From NCBI GenBank assembly GCA_965218435.1, contig CBDCKW010000009.1:320001-384000 (forward strand): a DNA stretch of 64,000 nt, read 5' to 3'. The DNA comes from Truepera sp. (GTDB taxonomy: Bacteria > Deinococcota > Deinococci > Deinococcales > Trueperaceae). The notes under the pieces were generated by a model. That model had not been told where the DNA came from and did not search any database. It saw only the letters and a program-made list of their open reading frames with translations. Shown here in pieces: positions 56,229 to 64,000 of the stretch; the first letter of the stretch is position 1; every line of letters begins with the position of its first letter. Position numbers and translations under genes: made by a program.

Positions 56229-59200
56229 GTGCGCCTCGTCTCCCTCACGCTCCAAGGTTTTAAGAGCTTCGCCGACAAGACGACCGTCGAGTTTACCGAC
56301 CCGGTAACGGCGATTGTCGGGCCGAACGGCTCGGGTAAGTCGAACCTGATTGACGCGCTCCGGTGGGCCTCGAGCGGGGGGCGCGCGGGTGAGTTTCGGG
56401 CGAGTGACAAACGTGAACTCATCTTTCACGGCTCGTCAGGCAAGCGGAGTTTGGGCTTTGCCGAGGTGACGCTTGGCCTCGAGCACGGGGGCCGCCCTCT
56501 CACCGTCGCCCGCACCTTGACGCGCGACGGTGAGAGCAAACTCAAGGTCGGTGGACGGACGGCAAGGTTCTTAGACTTGGAGGACGAACTCTCCGGGACC
56601 GGCCTTGGGCGCGGCGGCCTAGCGGTGATCGGCCAGGGCGAGGTCAGCAGTGTGTTGATGGCGGACCCACCAAAACTGCTCGCATATGTTGCAGAGAGCG
56701 TCGGCGTCGCTAAGTTAACGTCACGGCGAGAGGGGACGATTGCGAGTCTCGAGCAGGCCCAAGCGCATCTCACCCGCCTAGATGACCTTTGCGAAACTTT
56801 GCGCGAACGGGCTGAAATGCTCGCGCTCGAGGCCGCTGAAGCCGAACGCGCCGCCGAGCTGACCCGCGAAGGGCTCCGGCTCCGGTTTACGCTCTCGCTG
56901 CGGCGTGTCGAGGGCTTAAGTGGCGAGCTGGCGGGATTGCGTGAAAAAGGGTCGGAACTCGAGGCGCAACTTTTAGAAGGTCGTGAAGCTCTTTCTGACG
57001 CGCAAACGGCGCGTCAAGTTGCCAAACATCAACTCGGTGAAGCAGAAGCTCGTTACCGGCAGTTTATGGCCGACGCTGAGGCTCGCCGGGGTGATGTGCG
57101 CGTCGCGGCTGAGCAGCTCAGGGGCGCTGAAGCGCAGGTCGCGGCGGTAGAGCGCGAGCACACCCGTATTGCTGAAGAACTTGGGGGCTTGGCGGCTTTG
57201 ACCCCGCCGGAGCCGCTGGGGGGTACTGAAGTCATCCTTACGGCGGCGCTCGTTACCGCGCGAGAGCAAGAAAGAGTTCTCGAACACAGCTACGCGGCGG
57301 TGCGTGCAGAGGTTGCGGCGCGGCGTGAGGCGCTGTTAACGGCAGAGCGTGCCGGAGCAGCAGCGGCGCAGGCGCGGGCGCGTTACGCGGCCAACCAAGA
57401 GGGGCTGCTCGAGCAACTTGCCGAGGTCGAGTCCCAAGCGCAAACCCTGGCACCTACCGACGTTCATACGCCGGAGGCAGCCTTACGTGAGGCAGACGAG
57501 ATGCTTACGGTTTTGCGGGAGAGGCTTGAGACCCTCCAAGCATCCCTTGTTAACGTACAGCGTGAGCACGCGTCAGCTTTTGCCGACGCACAGGCGCGGA
57601 CGCAGGCCCTGTCGCGGCAGCGGGCCGCGTTCGAGGCGCGGCGCGGGTACGCGCAGGGGCCGAAAAGTGCGTTGACCTCCGGTATCGCCGGGGTAATCGG
57701 CTCAGTCGCCGACCTGATTACGGTGCCGCCCGAATACGCGCAGGCGGTTGGGGGCGCGCTGGGCCGCCGCGCCGAACACGTCGTCGTCGAGTCGTCCGGG
57801 GTCGCGCAGCGGGTGTTGACGCACGTCCGGCAAGCTGGCGGTTGGGTGACGCTGTTGCCGCTCGACCTTATGCAAAACCGGGTGCAGACGTTGCCGCCTG
57901 CGCTGGCCGCTGAAGAGAACGTGATCGCCCTAGCGAGTGACGTCACCGAAAGTGACGCGCGATTTCGCAGTCTCATTCAAGGAATGCTGAGCGGGACAGC
58001 TCTGGTAACGACGCTGCCCGACGCCGTGGCCCTCGCCAAACGGCACCGCATGCGGCCCCGGTTGGTGACCCTGACGGGGGATGTGCTCGAGGCGTACGGG
58101 GCCATTTCCGGCGGGCGCTCGGGGGGTGCCGGGTTGATGCTGGGGGGTGCCGCCGATTTGAGGCGCGCCGAACGCGACACCGAAGTTGCACAAACCCTCG
58201 CCGATGAACTAACACAGACCTTAAAGGACCGACAAGCTGAGGTAAAGGCGAAACAGCTCGAGGTCGCGGCGGGGCAGTCGCGGCAGCAGGCGGCGGCGAA
58301 GGCGTTTGCCACGGCGCGGGAGCAGGCAGCGGCAGGCGCATCGTTGAAAGCTGAGCTGACCCGCCGCGCACTGCAACTTCGGGACACGCTGGCGGGACTC
58401 GAGGCTCCCCCTCAAACTGACAGCACCGACCTCACGCCCCTACAAGAGGCGCTGAAAACAGCTCAGCTGGAAGAAGAGCAGCTGCAAACTGCGCTGGGAG
58501 ACGCGCGAACGGGTGTCGCCGCGGCGCAGGGCACCCTGGCCGTCTGGCGCGAACGCAAACGTGCGTTCGACGCTGCCGCACAGCGTTTTACCGAGGCGCA
58601 GACACGCGCCTCAGCACTCCGTACGCAGCTGGACACCCTAAACGTCTCCGCAGCTGAAGCGGAGGCGCTCAGGGATACGGCCGCCGCCGCCCTAACCGCC
58701 GCCGAAGCTGCGCTGCCTACTGAGGACGCCCCCGAACGGGCGCAGTACGCGCTGGCCCAACAGACCGAGCGGGACGCGGAGGCGCATTTAGATACCCTGA
58801 CTCGGCAGCAGGCGGCGCTTGCCGGTGAATTAGAAGCCCTCAATCTCACACTGGCCCGCCGCGAGGCCGCCGCCGAACTCGCTGAAACCGAGCACCGAGG
58901 GTTTCCGGCGGGCGTCGTTGCCCTTTCTGGAGGGCTCAGGGCGTTACGCGACCGTCTGGGTGAAGTGGAGGGTGAACTCGAGACCCTCGGCCCGGTCAAC
59001 CACCGCGCCGCCCAAGAGTACGCCGCGCAGCAGGCGCGTTTAGCAGAGTTGTCCGGGCAGATGAACGATGCGCGGAGCGCCGCCGCCGAACTCGCCAAAA
59101 TCCTGAGTGACCTGGACGACGCCGTGCGTGTCCGCCTCGTGAGCGGAACAAACGCCCTTGCTCAAGGGTTTGCGCACTACGCCGAAAGGCTTTTCGGTAC

Positions 59201-59615
59201 GGGCGCACAGGCGAGCGCCGAACTCATCTGGGAAGAGGGCCGTCCGGCGGGGCTCAAACTCGGGCTACAACCGCCCACCAAACAGACGCGGGCGCTCTCG
59301 CTCTTGTCGGTCGGCGAAAGGACGATGGGCGCACTCGCTTTTTTGTTCGCGCTGATGGGCTCAACTTCGGATACGGCCTCAGGCTTGCCGCTCGCTATCT
59401 TAGACGAGGTAGACGCGCCTTTAGATGAGGCTAACATCCGCCGCTTCTGCGCCTTTTTAGGTGAACTTTCAGAACGTGGCACGCAGTTTGTGCTGATTAC
59501 GCATCAAAAAGCGACGATGGAGGTCGCGTCGTCCCTGTGGGGTGTGACGACACAGGGGGGCGTGAGCCGGGTTTTTAGCATTCGCCGTGAGGCCGCTGAA
59601 GCTGCCCTGAGATGA
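56229..59615 (+). CDS. smc: Chromosome segregation protein SMC
   Basis: GFKSF, GPNGSGKSN, Q-loop, coiled coils, central hinge, LSVGE, LDEVDAPLDEAN, ITH. Confidence 0.95.
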   Translation: MRLVSLTLQGFKSFADKTTVEFTDPVTAIVGPNGSGKSNLIDALRWASSGGRAGEFRASDKRELIFHGSSGKRSLGFAEVTLGLEHGGRPLTVARTLTRDGESKLKVGGRTARFLDLEDELSGTGLGRGGLAVIGQGEVSSVLMADPPKLLAYVAESVGVAKLTSRREGTIASLEQAQAHLTRLDDLCETLRERAEMLALEAAEAERAAELTREGLRLRFTLSLRRVEGLSGELAGLREKGSELEAQLLEGREALSDAQTARQVAKHQLGEAEARYRQFMADAEARRGDVRVAAEQLRGAEAQVAAVEREHTRIAEELGGLAALTPPEPLGGTEVILTAALVTAREQERVLEHSYAAVRAEVAARREALLTAERAGAAAAQARARYAANQEGLLEQLAEVESQAQTLAPTDVHTPEAALREADEMLTVLRERLETLQASLVNVQREHASAFADAQARTQALSRQRAAFEARRGYAQGPKSALTSGIAGVIGSVADLITVPPEYAQAVGGALGRRAEHVVVESSGVAQRVLTHVRQAGGWVTLLPLDLMQNRVQTLPPALAAEENVIALASDVTESDARFRSLIQGMLSGTALVTTLPDAVALAKRHRMRPRLVTLTGDVLEAYGAISGGRSGGAGLMLGGAADLRRAERDTEVAQTLADELTQTLKDRQAEVKAKQLEVAAGQSRQQAAAKAFATAREQAAAGASLKAELTRRALQLRDTLAGLEAPPQTDSTDLTPLQEALKTAQLEEEQLQTALGDARTGVAAAQGTLAVWRERKRAFDAAAQRFTEAQTRASALRTQLDTLNVSAAEAEALRDTAAAALTAAEAALPTEDAPERAQYALAQQTERDAEAHLDTLTRQQAALAGELEALNLTLARREAAAELAETEHRGFPAGVVALSGGLRALRDRLGEVEGELETLGPVNHRAAQEYAAQQARLAELSGQMNDARSAAAELAKILSDLDDAVRVRLVSGTNALAQGFAHYAERLFGTGAQASAELIWEEGRPAGLKLGLQPPTKQTRALSLLSVGERTMGALAFLFALMGSTSDTASGLPLAILDEVDAPLDEANIRRFCAFLGELSERGTQFVLITHQKATMEVASSLWGVTTQGGVSRVFSIRREAAEAALR

Positions 59616-60325
59616 TCCCTTTTAAGATCCAAGCGTTTGATACGTTGCCCTCGACGCAAGACGAGTTGCGGCGGCGTTTAGAAGCGGGCGAAGACGTTCA
59701 TGGGCTGGTCATCCAAGCAGCGCAGCAGACCGCAGGACGGGGGCAGCGTGCCAGGGACTGGCACGCGACTGAAGGCGGCAGCTACCAAACACTCGCCGTC
59801 CGATTTGAAAGCGCCCCACCGCCCTACGCGGCGCTCGTTTTTGCTCTCGGAATCGCTGAAGTGATGCCGACTTATGGCGTACAGGTCGGGCTCAAATGGC
59901 CGAATGACCTCTACTACCGGGGCAAAAAGTTAGCGGGGCTGCTCGTCGAACAGGTCCAAGGGCATCTACTTATCGGTGTTGGGCTGAACGTCAATAACGA
60001 GGTGCCGGAGGGCGCGGTCGGGCTGCGCGGCTGGGACGTGCAGGGGGCAAACATGATTGTCTTAGAGGGTTTGGGTCGTGGTTTCGCCCATCTGGAAGAC
60101 GAGGCGTTGAGTCTGAGCAGAGTATATGCCCCTTTTGACCTGCTTTTAGGCGAGCAAGTTGAAATCCTCACGGCAACCGGGCTCGAGACCGGCGTGGCCG
60201 CCGGAGTTGACCCCAGTGGTAGGCTTTTGCTGCAACAGGGAGAAACGCGGACAGCTTACGCTGGACGGCTGCAGACATTCTCGCTGCGGCAGCTACCGCG
60301 TTTCGCTGTACCGTCAGCTGAGTAG
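59612..60325 (+). CDS. birA: Biotin-protein ligase (class I, no HTH)
   Basis: STQD, QTAGRGQ..R.W, KWPND, KLAGLLVE, GVGLNV. Confidence 0.93.
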   Translation: MIPFKIQAFDTLPSTQDELRRRLEAGEDVHGLVIQAAQQTAGRGQRARDWHATEGGSYQTLAVRFESAPPPYAALVFALGIAEVMPTYGVQVGLKWPNDLYYRGKKLAGLLVEQVQGHLLIGVGLNVNNEVPEGAVGLRGWDVQGANMIVLEGLGRGFAHLEDEALSLSRVYAPFDLLLGEQVEILTATGLETGVAAGVDPSGRLLLQQGETRTAYAGRLQTFSLRQLPRFAVPSAE

Positions 60326-60426
60326 TACAAGACAGTTAAGCGTGTACCTAGCAGTGCAAACAGCTACATCATCAGTACATTCAGGCTGTTTTCTCGACGC
60401 TTCGTAGCCGGCAATCTCTGTAAGCT

Positions 60427-60903
60427 TTAGAGTTTTTTCGTCATAAAGACGCTGTTTGGATCGCCTTGGTACTCGGCAAACGGGCCGCAAACCTCAAACC
60501 CGTGCCGCAGATAGAGTGACCTTGCCGGGGTGAATTCAGGCATCGCCCCCGTTTCTAAGCTCAGCGTGTCGTAACCCCGCCGCTCGGCCTCGCTGACGAT
60601 GTGCGCTAACATCTTTTTAGCGACGCCCCGGCGACGGTACGCCGGTGTTGTGCGCATTGATTTGATCTCGCCGGTCTTTGAGTCTAACTCTTTGAGTGCG
60701 CCGCAACCGAGCAGTTTACCGTTTTCCCAAATCGTCCAAAAGGTGATATCCGGTGTGCGTAGTGCTTCCAAATCCAGTGCGTGAACGCTTTCGGGCGGAG
60801 TGATGTGGTGCATGTCCTCTAAATGCTCTTGGAGCAACCCTGCGATTTCTTGCCCGCTCAAATTGTCTTGGCGTAGCTCCAGCTTAGCTGCATTAGCCTT
60901 CAT
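60427..60903 (-). CDS. GNAT acetyltransferase (YedL-like)
   Basis: PPESVHALD, GCGALKEL, GEIKSMRT, LSLETG, YQGDPNSVFM. Confidence 0.92.
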   Translation of the reverse strand: MKANAAKLELRQDNLSGQEIAGLLQEHLEDMHHITPPESVHALDLEALRTPDITFWTIWENGKLLGCGALKELDSKTGEIKSMRTTPAYRRRGVAKKMLAHIVSEAERRGYDTLSLETGAMPEFTPARSLYLRHGFEVCGPFAEYQGDPNSVFMTKKL

Positions 60904-63154
60904 AATCGTGCCCTAATTTAACCCGTTTGCTGAGCGCCGCGACCGGGCGCGGCAGCCACCAGTTTGCCTGCCCGAATAAGAGCATGACCGACGGTACCAA
61001 CACGAGCCGCACAAGCGTCGCGTCGAGCAAGATGGCGACGGTCAGGCCCAGCGAAAGCGTTTTAATCAGCACGACGTGCGAAAACATAAAAACGGCAAAC
61101 ACGACGCCCATCACCAGTGCCGCGCTCGTAATCACGCCCCCGGTTGCGCCGACGGCGGCGACTACCGCGTCACGGTCGGACGCGCCCTGATCGTGGTGCT
61201 CGACGACCCGTGAGACTAAAAAAACTTCGTAGTCCATACTGAGACCAAAGACGATGGCGAAGATAAAGATGGGAACGCTCGTCTCAACAAAGCCGAGACC
61301 ACCCGGCAAGCCGAACACGCCAGCGCCCCAGCCGTGCTGAAAGACGAGCGTGATGACCCCGAAGGCCGCGCCGACGGTCAGGGTGTTGAGCACAATGCTT
61401 TTAAGCGGAATTAAAATAGAGCGGAAGGCGAGCCCCAACAAGATAAACGTTGCCAGGTAGACCAGGCCGATGGCGAGCGGAAACGAGCGGTAGAGGACCC
61501 CGGCCCATTCGCGCTCGATGACCGGACTACCGCCTACTTTGGCAGACAACCCCTCGGCTGCCGCGAGGTGACGTAAGTCGGCCTCGAGCCTCGCCGCCGC
61601 TGCCGGGGTAGCGGTACTTCTGGGAAACACGCGCAGCAGGGCGTAACGCCCCGAACGGCTGAGCGTCGCTTTAGCCAGCCCTGCGAGCGGGCTCTTTTGC
61701 GCCGTCTCTGGGGTAGCGTAGTAGCTGCTGACAAACAGGGGCGGCAAGGTTCCGGCGGTAGTCGGGCTTAGGATTTGAACGACGCCGGGTAGTCCGGCGG
61801 CTTGGCGCGAAAAGCTCGAGACCGCCCGGACCGAGTTGGGGTGATAAAAGCCGCGTACCCCAAAGTCAACGAGTACGTCGTACGAGCGGAGCAAACTGCC
61901 GAGCCCCAGCTCGTCTAAAACTTCTTGTGCCTGCCGCGTCGTCGTCTGTTCGGTCAGCCCGCGTACCCCGGAAAAAGCGACCTGCATCCCCGTCAGCGGA
62001 AACGCTAACAGCAATAAAATAAGGGTGCCGACGATGGTCCAGAGCAAGGGCCGGTTGGTGACAGCTTCGGCCCTTGCCTGCCAGAAACTACGACTACGAC
62101 TGCCGGGGGCGACCCGTGACAAACTAAACCGGTTGACTCGGCCGCCGAGCAGGGTAAACGCAGCCGGTAGCGCGGTCAGCGACACCAAGACGCTAAAGGT
62201 CATGACGATCACGCTGGCAATTCCCATCGACTGCACGAACGCCAGCGGCGGTACCAAGAGCGCCATCAGCGCGACCAAAACGGTCAAACCGCTGAAAGTC
62301 ACCGCCCGACCTGCAGTCTGCACCGTTTTTTGCGCAGCCTGCGCCGAACTCTCGCAGCGGGGCAACTCTTCGCGGAAGCGGTTGACCATCAGAAGCGCGT
62401 AGTCAATGCCGGTGGCGAGCCCCAGCATCGTAATCACGATCTGGGCAAAGGTGGCAAAGGCAAACACATGACCGAGTAAAAAAAGTACGGCCAGCGAAAG
62501 CGTCACCGACAACACCGCGACAAAAAGTGGCAGGGCGGCGGCGACGAGTGCGCCGAACGCCACGGTCAACACGAGCAAACTGAGGGGCAGACCGAAAAGC
62601 TCAGCGCGGAGCGAATCACGGGCGCTGATCTGATTGATCTCTTGGTCTACCGGGACGCTGCCGGTAAGGAGGAGCTCGAGCCCCGGCGTCTCAAACTCGG
62701 CGAGCAGCTCACGGATATGCGTCGTCGCCTCGTCAACGTTCGCTTTAGTTCGCCCCGACAGCGTGATCAGGGCCGCGCTCCGGGCGCTCTGCGAAAGTTT
62801 GGGTAGAGGGAGTGGGCTCCCTGAGGCGCTGTCGGTCACACTTTCAACCGCCCCCAGCGTGCGGAGCTTGGCGAGCACCGCCTTAAAATGGGCAGCGTTG
62901 GCCTTGTCCCCCCCGGAAGGCGCAGGTTTGACCTTAGCAACGAGGATCAGCTGAAAGTTGTTATTGCCCGGAAACTCGCGTAGCAGGGCACGCCGCACAT
63001 CTTGAGCGACGCTGTTAGGCGCCACGCCCGAGTCGGTCGTCAACACCTCTTCGGCGCGTCCGGCTAAAGGCAGCGCGACCACGAGCAAAAGCCCCCAAAG
63101 CGCCAGCACACGGCGCGGGTAGCGCGTACTCAGCCGACTCAGGAATCTAAGCAT
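60893..63154 (-). CDS. MMPL-family (RND) transporter
   Basis: Two repeats with GIDYAL...RFREE and GLSMDYEVFL; TGGVITSAA; LDATLVR. Confidence 0.93.
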   Translation of the reverse strand: MLRFLSRLSTRYPRRVLALWGLLLVVALPLAGRAEEVLTTDSGVAPNSVAQDVRRALLREFPGNNNFQLILVAKVKPAPSGGDKANAAHFKAVLAKLRTLGAVESVTDSASGSPLPLPKLSQSARSAALITLSGRTKANVDEATTHIRELLAEFETPGLELLLTGSVPVDQEINQISARDSLRAELFGLPLSLLVLTVAFGALVAAALPLFVAVLSVTLSLAVLFLLGHVFAFATFAQIVITMLGLATGIDYALLMVNRFREELPRCESSAQAAQKTVQTAGRAVTFSGLTVLVALMALLVPPLAFVQSMGIASVIVMTFSVLVSLTALPAAFTLLGGRVNRFSLSRVAPGSRSRSFWQARAEAVTNRPLLWTIVGTLILLLLAFPLTGMQVAFSGVRGLTEQTTTRQAQEVLDELGLGSLLRSYDVLVDFGVRGFYHPNSVRAVSSFSRQAAGLPGVVQILSPTTAGTLPPLFVSSYYATPETAQKSPLAGLAKATLSRSGRYALLRVFPRSTATPAAAARLEADLRHLAAAEGLSAKVGGSPVIEREWAGVLYRSFPLAIGLVYLATFILLGLAFRSILIPLKSIVLNTLTVGAAFGVITLVFQHGWGAGVFGLPGGLGFVETSVPIFIFAIVFGLSMDYEVFLVSRVVEHHDQGASDRDAVVAAVGATGGVITSAALVMGVVFAVFMFSHVVLIKTLSLGLTVAILLDATLVRLVLVPSVMLLFGQANWWLPRPVAALSKRVKLGHDYEG

Positions 63155-63248
63155 GGGCCGGGTTTAGTCGAAGTAAGTACATAGCTCCTCGCAACACGCT
63201 CACCGTACGGCGCGGAACGCTCACGTTCGGTGGTGCTTTAGCAGCGTA

Positions 63249-64000
63249 TCATACGCCAACAAACTGCTCGATAGTGCCTCTCGCCTCGCCGTTACCTGTC
63301 AAAGTTTCACCGACGAGCTGCCCGTCACGTAAAAAGACGATGCGGTCAGCGTAAAGTGCCGCCTTTGGGTCATGGGTGACCATCACGACCGTCCAACCCT
63401 CGTCTCTGACCCCGCGCTGAAACAACTCCAAAACCTCTTCGCCGGTACGCGAATCGAGGTTGCCGGTCGGTTCATCGGCCAAAATCACCGCCGGGTCGTT
63501 GATCAGGGCCCGGGCCAGCGCGACGCGTTGCTGCTGCCCCCCCGAAAGCTGCGCGGGGCGGTGCGTCAGGCGGCTTTCGATCCCCAACACAGCTGCAAGG
63601 CGGGCGAGCGTCCCTTCCGCCTCTTGGCGGCGTCCGGCAACTTCGGCGGGCAAGAGGATGTTTTCGCGGGCGCTCAAATTGGGGATCAGTTCAAACCCTT
63701 GAAAGACAAACCCCAGCTGGTCACGCCGCAACGCGGTCAGCGCGTCGTCGGACAAGTTGGCGGTCGGTTTCCCGGCAATCTCAACGGTCCCAGCGTCGGC
63801 GCTATCTAGGAGCCCCAGCAGGTGTAAAAGCGTTGATTTACCGCTTCCTGAAGGCCCCATCACGGCCACGAATTGGCCTTGGGGGACGCTCAGCTCGAGC
63901 TGAGAGAGCGCGTCAACGACTTCGCTACCCAACCGGTAGCGTTTGCTCAAGCCTTTAGCGACGAGGGCCGGAGGCCGAGTTGCAGCCGCAGACGTCTCTA
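63249..64000 (-). CDS. ABC transporter ATP-binding protein (LolD/MacB-type); frame open to the window edge
   Basis: [31 protein letters not shown]. Confidence 0.93.
   Translation of the reverse strand, partial: ETSAAATRPPALVAKGLSKRYRLGSEVVDALSQLELSVPQGQFVAVMGPSGSGKSTLLHLLGLLDSADAGTVEIAGKPTANLSDDALTALRRDQLGFVFQGFELIPNLSARENILLPAEVAGRRQEAEGTLARLAAVLGIESRLTHRPAQLSGGQQQRVALARALINDPAVILADEPTGNLDSRTGEEVLELFQRGVRDEGWTVVMVTHDPKAALYADRIVFLRDGQLVGETLTGNGEARGTIEQFVGV

Noticed and set aside
56229..59615. SMC as part of a Wadjet/Mks defence system; variant LSVGE signature
   Set aside because: No jetABD/mks neighbours; it has a canonical hinge and is followed by birA, so it is read as housekeeping SMC.
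1..64000. tRNA, rRNA, tmRNA or prophage genes
   Set aside because: No cloverleaf/T-loop, rRNA or phage signatures seen by eye; tRNAscan-SE and Infernal would be needed to exclude small RNAs.

Overview
Chromosomal segment of a moderately GC-rich bacterium, most likely Deinococcota (Trueperaceae-like). The evidence is the RecG N-terminal extension, the RpoZ and SMC signatures, a Deinococcus/Thermus-type coiled-coil/roadblock protein and many apparently leaderless genes. Housekeeping genes include surE, recG, serA, mreB, tsaB/tsaE, gmk-rpoZ-coaBC, csp, hpt, smc and birA, plus a sugar ABC importer. There are two main highlights. (1) A stand-alone type-1 rhodopsin (42306-43148) with a D-T-K helix-C motif, no helix-B His, a long B-C loop and a Gly at the carotenoid-antenna fenestration. 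(2) A ten-gene envelope cluster, mreB-S55 peptidase-lpxD-lpxC-Gfo/Idh/MocA-fabZ-lpxA-lpxB-like-msbA-like-methyltransferase, in a phylum classically described as lacking LPS. An AT-richer island (about 51.8-56.2 kb) carries HigBA, HicBA, an intact IS4, a damaged IS5 and an uncalled membrane gene with a non-canonical start. Window-wide patterns are strong CTCGAG over-representation and many unrelated 15-bp tandem duplications. No rRNA, tRNA or CRISPR array was seen. All calls rest on motif recognition by eye; no database searches were run and counts are hand tallies.
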